Program-made: the position numbers and the translations under genes
Notes under the pieces: generated by a model
Told to the model about the DNA's origin: nothing
The model's input: the letters and a program-made list of their open reading frames with translations, nothing else
Databases searched by the model: none
Shown: positions 1 to 8,104 of the stretch, one piece after another
How the letters are laid out: each line of letters starts with the position of its first letter
Numbering within the stretch: position 1 is the first letter of the stretch
From: Patescibacteria group bacterium
Lineage (GTDB): Bacteria > Patescibacteriota > Microgenomatia > UBA12405
Reading direction: 5' to 3'
NCBI GenBank assembly: GCA_018902845.1
Contig: JAHIPV010000020.1
Location: forward strand, 74,810 to 138,809
DNA: 64,000 bases

Positions 1-152
1 ACCTCCATCGGTAATTAGAATTTCTATTCTTCCAGAGACTGACTTCGCTGTTGCTTGCTTGGGATAATCTTGAGAATTAATAGATTTTAGGCATTTGTTT
101 AATACTTTGGCTGAGTTGAGAGTTGGAATTACAATTGAAATGGTTGGATAGG
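1..152 (-). CDS. Glycosyltransferase family 2, N-terminal fragment. The gene starts at 152 and continues beyond the window edge.
   Basis: Reverse-complement translation of 152..1 gives MTYPTISIVIPTLNSAKVLNKCLKSINSQDYPKQATAKSVSGRIEILITDGG, a typical GT2 N-terminus. It is too short in-window to appear in the ORF track. Confidence 0.5.
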
Positions 153-761
153 TCATTTTTTAACTTTTATTAGCCAGTAACAGGCGTAATTTTTGAGTAT
201 TTTGGGTACTTTTTTTGAAAAGAGTTTGATTTTTTCAGCATGGAGACCAATGGCAACAGGGATAATTTTGTATTTTTTAAATTTTGATTTGATGAGTATT
301 TTTTTTAAGTCTTGGTAAGTATATTCCCTTTGGTGTTCTTGATATGGGAATTTTTTTTTGCCTGTGAAGAATTCTACAAAAACTCTGATTAATCTTTTTC
401 TGTTTGGTGTAGTTATCAACCCGATGCCGTTTGGTTTTAGAACTCGATAAGTTTCGTTTATGGCATTTAGATCATTTTTTGTGTGTTCCAGGGTGTGACT
501 GCTTATTAGTATTTCGAAGGTATTTGATTTGACATTGTTTAATTTTTGCCAATCCCCTTGTTTATATTTTATATTTTTAAAACTTTTGGGAATTCTTTGC
601 GCATAATATTCAATACCCAAACATTTTTTGCAATGTTTTGCCAGTTGTTTTGTTTTGCTTTTGTTACTGCTACCGATTTCGATTACATTTTTTTTGTTGT
701 TGGCGATTTTTTTGTATTCTTTTAGTAGAAGTATCCAATCGTATGAATTTTTTATTTTCAT
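153..761 (-). CDS. Class I SAM-dependent methyltransferase
   Basis: VIEIGSS glycine-rich SAM-binding motif and typical Methyltransf_11-like layout. It lies adjacent to a radical SAM gene and the GT genes. Confidence 0.55.
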   Translation of the reverse strand: MKIKNSYDWILLLKEYKKIANNKKNVIEIGSSNKSKTKQLAKHCKKCLGIEYYAQRIPKSFKNIKYKQGDWQKLNNVKSNTFEILISSHTLEHTKNDLNAINETYRVLKPNGIGLITTPNRKRLIRVFVEFFTGKKKFPYQEHQREYTYQDLKKILIKSKFKKYKIIPVAIGLHAEKIKLFSKKVPKILKNYACYWLIKVKK

Positions 762-762
762 T

Positions 763-2388
763 TTATTTAAAATCTTTGAGTTTGGAGAGGAATTTTAGGG
801 AGTATTTGGCTAGGTGGGTGAAGTCGTTTAGTGATCTTATGGAGAGGGTTTTTTTTAGTAAGAATTTTGGTGTTAAAACACCTTTGAAAAGAGATTGAAT
901 GAGTTGTATTTGTTTTTGTGATGAAATAGGAGATTTTATAACCGGCTGGCTCATGTCGTATTTGTCCCAATCTAGGGTAAGAAGCTTGTTGGCTTGTTTA
1001 AGCTCTTTAAAGAGTGGGGTGCCAGGATAAGGAATTAATAGAGTGGCTTGGATGGAATCGGCTAATCCGTCCTTGAATAACTGGCGAGCTAAGTTGAGGG
1101 TTTTTTGGGCGTCTGCTTCCGTTTCCCAAGGATAACCAATTATGATGGTAAGGTGATTTTCTATGCCGGCTTTCTTGGCCTTTACAAGAGTTTCTTTGAT
1201 ATCTGATACTTTAATGTTTTTATTGATTTTGTCTAAAGTTTTTTGATTAGCCGATTCAAGTCCGTATAGAATAAATCTGAAACCGGCTTTTTTCATCAGA
1301 TTAAACTCTTTTTGAGATAAAGCCCCCATTCTTAAATTACAGCCTAGTTTAATTTTTTTGTTAAAGCCCTTGTCTATTAGGCCATGGCAAAATTTTTTGA
1401 GCCAATCCCCTGTTGGAATAGTGCCGGAGTCATCAAAGACTTCTTTTATGTTGTAGTTTTCAATTAGATTTTGAATTTCTTTAAGGCTATGTTGAGGTGA
1501 AAAAGTTCGATAGGATTGGTTGGGAAAAAGTGTTGTCCAAGAACAGAAGGTACATTTTCCCCACCAGCAGTCACGGCCTGACATTATGTAGGCGCCGGGA
1601 GTGTATTTGAAGTTTGAATTGTTGTGGGTGTAGAGGTGGTTTTTGGTTAGAGCGCGATCGATGATGGGAAGAATATCTAGATTATGATTTTTTAGAGCGA
1701 ATTTACCGGAATTGAGGATTTTAGTATTGGTTTGTTTTTGGGGGGATCCTTCGACAGGCTCAGGATGACGATGGATAAGATTATGGTTTGATCTGAAATA
1801 AAAGCCCGGTGAGAGTTTGGTTCCTTTGGTCAGATGTTCTACTAAATTTAAGAGCATAAAGTCGTAGTCACCGCCGGTAAGGATGTAATCGACAGGAGAA
1901 TTTTTGAATGATTCAAGGGGTAGTGCGGTGACATGGTCGCCCATTAGGACGATGGTAGGCGTGTGTTGATTCCGATGGGATCTGCCAGAGGTGGACAGGT
2001 TGCCACGTCTGCGGGCGACCGCAAGGGTCGCCCCTACAAAAGAATTTGCAATAACAGTGGGTTTGTTGACAGAAAAAGCCTTTTTTATATCTTTGATTAT
2101 TTTCCAATGGGTTTTGATTACAGGAGTTTTGGTTTCTATGGCGATAAGACCGGGAGAGCGTTTGATTAAACGATTGAGCCATTGTTGGTATGAAAGTTTT
2201 TCTGCAATAGCGTCATCCCAAAAGACTTTATGGCCTTTGGATTTTAAAAGTGTAGCTGTATAAGCTGGAATGACGGGGAAAATAAAGTTTTTTGTGTTGG
2301 TCCATTGAAATTGGCGGTTTTGGGATAAAAAAGCAGTTTGGCTGTTTTTGTGAAGAGGAGGATAAGAGATTGAGACGGAAAAAGACAT
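763..2388 (-). CDS. B12-binding domain radical SAM protein. It carries two in-frame repeat insertions.
   Basis: Radical SAM cysteine cluster CWWGKCTFCSW and an N-terminal B12-binding-like domain. The ORF contains repeat copies at 1741..1774 (HRHPEPVEGS) and 1985..2057 (SFVGATLAVARRRGN). Confidence 0.7.
   Translation of the reverse strand: MSFSVSISYPPLHKNSQTAFLSQNRQFQWTNTKNFIFPVIPAYTATLLKSKGHKVFWDDAIAEKLSYQQWLNRLIKRSPGLIAIETKTPVIKTHWKIIKDIKKAFSVNKPTVIANSFVGATLAVARRRGNLSTSGRSHRNQHTPTIVLMGDHVTALPLESFKNSPVDYILTGGDYDFMLLNLVEHLTKGTKLSPGFYFRSNHNLIHRHPEPVEGSPQKQTNTKILNSGKFALKNHNLDILPIIDRALTKNHLYTHNNSNFKYTPGAYIMSGRDCWWGKCTFCSWTTLFPNQSYRTFSPQHSLKEIQNLIENYNIKEVFDDSGTIPTGDWLKKFCHGLIDKGFNKKIKLGCNLRMGALSQKEFNLMKKAGFRFILYGLESANQKTLDKINKNIKVSDIKETLVKAKKAGIENHLTIIIGYPWETEADAQKTLNLARQLFKDGLADSIQATLLIPYPGTPLFKELKQANKLLTLDWDKYDMSQPVIKSPISSQKQIQLIQSLFKGVLTPKFLLKKTLSIRSLNDFTHLAKYSLKFLSKLKDFK
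1985..2057. repeat. Family-A repeat (GNRA-tetraloop GC hairpin GGGCGACC-GCAA-GGTCGCCC with conserved flanks), intragenic in the radical SAM gene
   Basis: ccagaggtggacaggttgccacgtctgcgggcgaccgcaagggtcgcccctacaaaagaatttgcaataacag. Near-identical copies occur at 47437..47523, 48690..48768, 60124..60198 and 60380..60466. Confidence 0.9.
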
Positions 2389-2406
2389 TGAGGTAGTATA
2401 GCGTGT

Positions 2407-3348
2407 TTAGGTTTGGCGGGGGGTGAAGGAGAGGGTTTTTTTGAGTAGGCCGATGATGAAATATATTCCGTAGTAGATATGAGTTGTGGGAATTGTTATT
2501 GTTCCGAGAATGGAAGCCAGAAGACCGTTTTTTTTGAGGAAACTAAGAAAGGTTAGGAATAATAGTAAGAGATAAGAAATTAGGGGTATCGCGTCAAACG
2601 CGACTGTGGAAAAAGGAAGGGAAAGTAAATAAACCAGAAAAAGACTGGGGAGGAAATAGCCCAGTCGAAGTGATGTTTGGGGAAATTTTTTGGCAAAGAA
2701 ACCGCGGTGGAGGGCGTATCTTTTGATTTGAGCCAGATGAGAATTAAAAATTTCTCGACGATGATGATAAACAACAATATTTGGATGATAGAGAATTTTT
2801 TTATTTAGTTTTTTGGTTAAATTTAGGCACAAAACCGTATCTTCTCCTGGCCAATGGTGGGTATCAAAGCCTTTTACTTTGTTGAAATCAGATTTTTTGA
2901 CTATTAAATTGACGGTTGGATAATCGTCGACGAATCTTTGTTTTTGGATACTGTTTCTATAACGGCCGGCCGCTCCACTGCCAAGCCATGACGACCAGAC
3001 TAATCCTGAAGCAATTTGCTTAATATTGTTATTGGGTGGAGTGAGACAGGGACCGCAAACAGCAGAGAGATTGGTGTTGGTGTTGAAAACCTTTAAAGCA
3101 TTTTTGAGCCAGTTTTTGTCAGGATAAGAATCGTCGTCAAGGAAAGCCAGGTATTTGCCTTTGGCCATTTTGGCTCCTAAATTTCTTTTTTGGGCCGGAT
3201 TGGCAGTCTTAGAAATTTTGTCTGTGATTACCAGAATTTCGAAATTTTTGAAGGTTTGATTTTTGAGATGAGATAAGGTTTGGGTCAGAAATTTATTTTT
3301 TTTGCGGATAGGAATGATGATGGAGAAGGAAAAATTGTGATTTTTCAA
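2407..3348 (-). CDS. Glycosyltransferase family 2 with a C-terminal membrane anchor
   Basis: IIIPIRKKN..LAFLDDDS..YHH GT2 motifs including the DxD-like DDD. There are C-terminal hydrophobic helices. Confidence 0.75.
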   Translation of the reverse strand: MKNHNFSFSIIIPIRKKNKFLTQTLSHLKNQTFKNFEILVITDKISKTANPAQKRNLGAKMAKGKYLAFLDDDSYPDKNWLKNALKVFNTNTNLSAVCGPCLTPPNNNIKQIASGLVWSSWLGSGAAGRYRNSIQKQRFVDDYPTVNLIVKKSDFNKVKGFDTHHWPGEDTVLCLNLTKKLNKKILYHPNIVVYHHRREIFNSHLAQIKRYALHRGFFAKKFPQTSLRLGYFLPSLFLVYLLSLPFSTVAFDAIPLISYLLLLFLTFLSFLKKNGLLASILGTITIPTTHIYYGIYFIIGLLKKTLSFTPRQT

Positions 3349-3444
3349 ATTTTTAATTTCTAATTTTTAATTTCTAAATTAATTTTGCCATCACGAGTCC
3401 TTCGGTGGCACTCAGGACAAGCTTCGCGTGGCAATGACAGATAA

Positions 3445-4245
3445 TTATTGTCCGGTGTTGATGCGGAGTTGGAGATCGGGGTTGAATTTCCATTTTCTCT
3501 TGTTGGAATCGTTATAGTATCTAAGAATACGCAAACGATAAAAAATTGCCAAAGTGTCGATAAATGTTTTGTAAATTGTTTTTAGCATTGAATTATGCAG
3601 ATGTAAATTATCAAAATCATAATTTAGTTTGATTGGTGCTTCATATATACGTTTAAAACCTAAATGTTTTGAAACGGCTAAAATTTCGAGATCAAAGGCG
3701 AAGCTTTTTACTAAAAGCCTTGGCAAAACTTTTTCCAATACTTTTCTTTTAAAAATTTTTACTCCTGCCTGCGTATCACGGATTTTGAGATTAAAGAGTG
3801 TGCGAGAAATGAGATAAACAAAGAAGCTGATGATTTTTCGATCAATTGGGTAATTAACAAGGGAAGCGGGGTGGCGTTTTGATCCGACTATAATATCGGC
3901 GTCATACCATTCTAAGTGTTCCAGAAGCATAGAAATGCCGTTGGGATCGATTTCCATGCCTGCATCTATGAAGGCGATGTAATCCCCTTTTGTTTTTGTC
4001 ATACCAAAACGAATAGCGTGGCCTTTGCCGTGATTGTGTTTGTAAGTGTAAATTTTTAGATTTTTGCGTTTAATTTGTTGGCAGATTTTGTATGAGTTAT
4101 CTTCGTTTTTGCCGTCCACTATGGCAATGATTTCGTATGGATAACGAATTTTTTGTAAAGTATTGTCAATGTTTAAAATATCTTTTTTGATGGTTTTTTC
4201 TTGCTTGTAGATAGGGATGATGATTGAGAGGAAATGGGTATTCAT
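3445..4245 (-). CDS. Glycosyltransferase family 2
   Basis: LSIIIPIYKQEKTI..IAIVDGKNEDNS..DADI GT2 signature. The start is placed at the internal Met (ATG 4243..4245). The upstream 22 codons of the tracked ORF are the repeat element 4266..4324. Confidence 0.7.
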   Translation of the reverse strand: MNTHFLSIIIPIYKQEKTIKKDILNIDNTLQKIRYPYEIIAIVDGKNEDNSYKICQQIKRKNLKIYTYKHNHGKGHAIRFGMTKTKGDYIAFIDAGMEIDPNGISMLLEHLEWYDADIIVGSKRHPASLVNYPIDRKIISFFVYLISRTLFNLKIRDTQAGVKIFKRKVLEKVLPRLLVKSFAFDLEILAVSKHLGFKRIYEAPIKLNYDFDNLHLHNSMLKTIYKTFIDTLAIFYRLRILRYYNDSNKRKWKFNPDLQLRINTGQ

Positions 4246-4258
4246 TTTATGTTTTATT

Positions 4259-5404
4259 TCATTTAATCGGGCGACCGCAAGGGTCGCCCTTACGAATGTA
4301 TTTCGTGGCAATTGCGGGGTGACAGAGTCGGTAAACGGCCAGAGTTTGGAGAGCGGTCAGTTTCCATGAAAAAGCCCTGGCTCTTTTTTGTCCCAGTTTG
4401 GAAAATTTTTGTCTTAATTTTGGACTGGTCATGAGTTTTTTTAGGGCCTTTTTAATACTTTTAAGGGATTTTGGATTAAAAAATACTCCGTTATAGTCCA
4501 TAATTTCGGCCAAACTGCTTTGAAGACTATAACAAACCGGGCAACCCGATTGCATAGCCTCTAAGGGGGTAAGACCGAAGCCTTCGGCAAAAGATGGTTG
4601 GCAATAAAAAGTAGCCAGATTGTAGATTTTGGCAAGATCCGGATCAGGAACGAAGCCGGTAAGTGTTAAAAGCGGGTGGTGTGTTTTTTGGAGCCAGAGG
4701 AGATCTTGGTTCCAGGGATGATTAATTACGTTTTTGCGAGTAGCGGCAGAACCAACTATAACAAGTGGGTATTTTAAGGATAAACAGGCCCTAACAAGAT
4801 TGGGAATGTTTTTGTTCCAATTGATATCGCCAACATAAAGAACAAATTTTTTTGGCAGTTTGTATTTTTTCCTAATTTTTTCTAATTCTTTTGTGTTTTT
4901 GATTGATTTAAAAATTGGATCGGCTCCGAGATAAATAGGATAGATTTGGTCGGTTGGATATTTAGTGATTTTGTGTATTGCGTATTTTGAGAAGTGTGAA
5001 TCTGTGATAATATAATCGACTTTTTTTAGACGATTTTTTTGGATTAGCCAACGGACATTACCTTTTATGCCGACTGGATAGTGTTTTTTAAATTGGCGAG
5101 GGATAAGATCGTGGACTGTGACTATGGTAGGAACGGTTTTTTGAGGTAGGGTTAGTTGAAAAGGATCGAAATAAGGATAATGCAATAAATCAAAAGTTCC
5201 AATTTTTAATTTTTCCCCCTTCGGGTGACTTCGCTTCGCTTCGCAATTTTTAATTAGTTTTAAAGACCAGGATTTATATTCGGGGTTGGTTTTTAGTTCT
5301 CTTTGGAGATATTTGACTAGATTTTTGGTATAAAAACCAACTCCTCTTTTGGAATTGGCATTTTTTGTGGGAGAGATATCAATAGCGATTTTAAATTTTT
5401 TCAT
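4259..5404 (-). CDS. Glycosyltransferase family 4 (GT1-fold, RfaG-like)
   Basis: C-terminal EGFGLTPLEAMQSGCPV motif of GT4. The start is placed at MKKFKIAIDISP (ATG 5402..5404), overlapping the upstream stop. The last ~8 codons and the stop are supplied by the GC-hairpin repeat at 4266..4324. Confidence 0.75.
   Translation of the reverse strand: MKKFKIAIDISPTKNANSKRGVGFYTKNLVKYLQRELKTNPEYKSWSLKLIKNCEAKRSHPKGEKLKIGTFDLLHYPYFDPFQLTLPQKTVPTIVTVHDLIPRQFKKHYPVGIKGNVRWLIQKNRLKKVDYIITDSHFSKYAIHKITKYPTDQIYPIYLGADPIFKSIKNTKELEKIRKKYKLPKKFVLYVGDINWNKNIPNLVRACLSLKYPLVIVGSAATRKNVINHPWNQDLLWLQKTHHPLLTLTGFVPDPDLAKIYNLATFYCQPSFAEGFGLTPLEAMQSGCPVCYSLQSSLAEIMDYNGVFFNPKSLKSIKKALKKLMTSPKLRQKFSKLGQKRARAFSWKLTALQTLAVYRLCHPAIATKYIRKGDPCGRPIK
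4266..4324. repeat. Family-A repeat copy spanning the GT4 3' end and the GT2 5' region
   Basis: Hairpin core 4269..4289 with a ...cgtggcaattgcggggtgacag tail. Confidence 0.85.
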
Positions 5405-6213
5405 TAATTCCAGTCGGTTTTTAGATTTATAGATCGTTTGGTTTTTTTTAGTTCCCAGAATTTGATAAAAGCGATGGGGAAACGAAGAGAAGAAAAATAA
5501 CAAAAAATAAAACCGGGAAATCCATCTACAAAGCCTTTGTGTCTAAAGTAGGTTAATAAAAACCAATGAATTGGTTTGACAAGAAAATAATTTAAAATAC
5601 TTAGAAAATTAATTTTGAAATCTTGATCAATTAATTCTTGGGCTATTAGGGTGGTGTAGCGATTGTTGCGTTCTATATAGCGTGAAAATGAATAATCGGC
5701 GTAGTGAAGAAGATCGTTTTTTAGACTGCTGATTTTTCCATTTATTTCTACTTGTTCGTGAACCGATTTGCACGGTAGCCAACCTTTATTATTTTTAAAA
5801 AATCTGATAACCGGATCCGGATATTGTCCGCCTTTTTGCAAAAATTCACCTAAAAAATAATTTTTCCTTTTTATCCAAAAACCGTTATAGGGAACTTTGT
5901 TTATTGGTCTTTTTAAAATATATTGAATTTCTTTTTTTAGTCTTGGAGTGACTCTTTCGTCTGCATCTAATTGAAGAATCCAACCACCGTTGCATTTGTC
6001 TATGGCTTTTTGTTTATTAATATGAAAAATGGCTTTATTGGCGGTTTTGATTATCTTAACCTTTTTGTAGTTTTTGGCAATCTGGCGAGTTTTGTCAGTA
6101 GAGTTTCCGTCAACTAAAATTATTTCGTTGACCCATTTTAGACAATCAAGGAAGTCTTTTATGTTGTGTTCTTCGTTGTAGGTGGCAACGGCGACTGAGA
6201 TAGTATGTTTCAT
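5404..6213 (-). CDS. Glycosyltransferase family 2 (paralog of 22223..23029)
   Basis: VAVATYNEE..ILVDGNSTDKT..LQLDADE GT2 motifs. The C-terminal region is shared with the 22223..23029 protein. Confidence 0.75.
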   Translation of the reverse strand: MKHTISVAVATYNEEHNIKDFLDCLKWVNEIILVDGNSTDKTRQIAKNYKKVKIIKTANKAIFHINKQKAIDKCNGGWILQLDADERVTPRLKKEIQYILKRPINKVPYNGFWIKRKNYFLGEFLQKGGQYPDPVIRFFKNNKGWLPCKSVHEQVEINGKISSLKNDLLHYADYSFSRYIERNNRYTTLIAQELIDQDFKINFLSILNYFLVKPIHWFLLTYFRHKGFVDGFPGFIFCYFSSLRFPIAFIKFWELKKTKRSINLKTDWN

Positions 6214-6288
6214 ATTTAAATTAAATTTAAATTAAATTCTAAATCCTAATATTTTTGTTTTGGATTTTTGATTTAGTATTTAGGATTT

Positions 6289-8085
6289 TCATTGTTTAGT
6301 ATATATTTTAAACGCTGGGAGGTCGTTTGTGAAATTGATGATATCAACCGGCTGAATTGGAACAGTTTCGTTTGAGGCTACTATAAGTGAATTTGAAGGA
6401 ATATTATCCCAATTAATTTTTTCAAAATGAATATTATCTATTTGTTTTACTGTAGAAAAACCAAATTTATCCGGAGGTGTTAATTTGATTTGGTTATGAA
6501 GGGCAGGTGGTGGATATTTTGAATAAAAAAGATACAGGATGTAAGGTTGATCGTATTTATCGGTTATATAGATGTTGCTAAAATTATTTTTTTGAGACTC
6601 TATATAAGGAATTAGCCGATCAAAACCTTGATTCCATGCAAAGGGATAGCGTTTGGGGGAGTGAATGTGATAAGAGCTAAGGTAGTAGGCTATCGAGTAG
6701 GAGTAAAAAATAACAAGAAAGAAGAGTATGGAGGGTTGTTTGTGAGTAAGACTTAAGAAAGATTGAATACCAAAAGCGGTGAGGATAGTGAGGGGGATGA
6801 CCATGGGAAGAGCGCGGAGAGCGGATGGGGCCTGGAAAGTGAGGGATGAAGCTATGGGTGAGAGAAAAAGCCAGAGAAAAATAAACTTATAATTTGTTTG
6901 AGTGGTTATGAGATCCCTCGACTTCGCTCGGGATGACAATAACTTCGCTCGGGATGACAATAACTTCGCTCGGGATGACAATAACTTCGCTCGGGATGAC
7001 AGCATAACTACAATGCCTAGAATTAAAAATGGGAGTTCTATTAAATGGAATTGACCTATTTCTGGGCTTTTGGAACGTGGGACCTCGTCTCCATTGATAA
7101 AAAGAAAGTTTAAATCAAAGTGGGAAAAGTATTTTTCGGCCCATGAAATTGCGTAAAGAACTCGGGCATTATGTGTGATTCTGTTAATCAGTGTTGTTTT
7201 TTGACTTTGGTTAAAGTGGTGATTTAATAATTCATTGGAACGCCACAGTGGACCTTGATCGGCTGTTATACCAACTCCGGAAAAACGAGTTGTACCGCCA
7301 TTCTTGAAGAAGGAAAAAACAACTGGCAGAGTGATAAGGATGCCAAAAAATAAAGAAAGGATAAATTTTTTATGAGATCCTTCGGCAAGCTCAGGATGAC
7401 GTAGTATTTTATTTCGATTAATAAAAAATAAAGATAAAGCAAGTAAGGGGGCGAAAATGCGGGCAGAGTGATAGGTGTATAAAGAAAGAGAAAGGAAAAG
7501 AGCGAAGAGATAAAGATTGTGTTTTCCCCCTGCGGGTGACTGCGCTGATGCTTGTTTTGTGTTAGTGTTTTTGTAGAAATAATAAGTGCCGATAATAATA
7601 AACGAGAGGGCGGTACAGGATTCCCAGGCACCGCGGGAAAAGTGGATGTGCCAGGGGTTAATAGAAAGCAAGAAAGCAGAAAGTAGAGAAAGTGTTAAAT
7701 TGTTTGTAATAAGAAGAACAAGTTTGTAAAGAAAATAAATTGAAAGAATTGAAAGAATTAGGTTAGGGAGGCGAACAGCAAGAGGAGTAAGGCCAAGGAT
7801 TTTGATAAAAGGAAGAGTAAGGTAAAAATATCCTCCGGGTTTGAAGTCACTAAATGATTTAAAATGAATGGGCCAAGGGATACTGTGTTCGTCTTTTCCG
7901 GTTTGGAGTAAAGAGTAAGCATTGTAGCCGATAGCGGCTTCGTCTGGATTGAGAGAAGGAAGATTGGAGATATTGTAGAAACGGAGAAGAATTGCAAGGA
8001 TGAGAATATATACGATAGGATTCTTCGCTACGCTCAGAATGACGACTGTTGGTTTGGTTTTGTTTGATTGATGATTGTTTGTCAT
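6289..8085 (-). CDS. GT39/ArnT-like GT-C membrane glycosyltransferase, a protein O-mannosyltransferase-like paralog
   Basis: N-terminal NPDEAAIGYNAYSLLQTGKDEH..KPGGYFY..LAVRLPNLILS (DE motif, loop 1 of GT39/GT83) with many TM helices. It contains in-frame repeats: 6908..7004 (SSRAKLL x4), 7374..7401 (RHPELAEGS) and 7525..7557 (QSPAGG). Confidence 0.7.
   Translation of the reverse strand: MTNNHQSNKTKPTVVILSVAKNPIVYILILAILLRFYNISNLPSLNPDEAAIGYNAYSLLQTGKDEHSIPWPIHFKSFSDFKPGGYFYLTLPFIKILGLTPLAVRLPNLILSILSIYFLYKLVLLITNNLTLSLLSAFLLSINPWHIHFSRGAWESCTALSFIIIGTYYFYKNTNTKQASAQSPAGGKHNLYLFALFLSLSLYTYHSARIFAPLLALSLFFINRNKILRHPELAEGSHKKFILSLFFGILITLPVVFSFFKNGGTTRFSGVGITADQGPLWRSNELLNHHFNQSQKTTLINRITHNARVLYAISWAEKYFSHFDLNFLFINGDEVPRSKSPEIGQFHLIELPFLILGIVVMLSSRAKLLSSRAKLLSSRAKLLSSRAKSRDLITTQTNYKFIFLWLFLSPIASSLTFQAPSALRALPMVIPLTILTAFGIQSFLSLTHKQPSILFFLVIFYSYSIAYYLSSYHIHSPKRYPFAWNQGFDRLIPYIESQKNNFSNIYITDKYDQPYILYLFYSKYPPPALHNQIKLTPPDKFGFSTVKQIDNIHFEKINWDNIPSNSLIVASNETVPIQPVDIINFTNDLPAFKIYTKQ
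6908..7004. repeat. Family-B repeat with its 21-bp terminal unit tandemly amplified ~3.8x, in-frame in the GT39 gene
   Basis: gagatccctcg + (acttcgctcgggatgacaata) x3 + a partial unit. Translated on the minus strand as SSRAKLL x4. Confidence 0.9.
7525..7557. repeat. Family-C repeat CCCCCTGCGGGTGACTGCG, in-frame in the GT39 gene (QSPAGG)
   Basis: Other copies at 9234..9267, 9379..9410, 9962..9990, 14315..14345, 35410..35450 and 44616..44648. Variants with a ..GACTTCGCTTCGC tail occur at 5214..5247 and 20934..20964. Confidence 0.85.
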
Positions 8086-8104
8086 TTTGTTTATATTGAT
8101 TTAA

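Noticed and set aside
638-898. Many short plus-strand and antisense ORFs in the six-frame track (e.g. 638..898, 1913..2182, 12908..13177, 47661..48002)
   Set aside because: They lie antisense within long conserved genes, are low-complexity, and several merely read through repeat elements. They are treated as spurious.
5404-5503. 100-bp overlap between the GT2 (5404..6213) and GT4 (4259..5503) ORFs
   Set aside because: This is most likely a start-codon over-extension. An internal ATG at 5402..5404 gives a GT4 N-terminus MKKFKIAIDISP, typical for the family.
6908-7004. Possible CRISPR array (regularly spaced 21-bp repeats)
   Set aside because: The units are directly tandem with no spacers, are part of a known interspersed repeat family, and are translated in-frame inside a long ORF. 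No cas genes are present.
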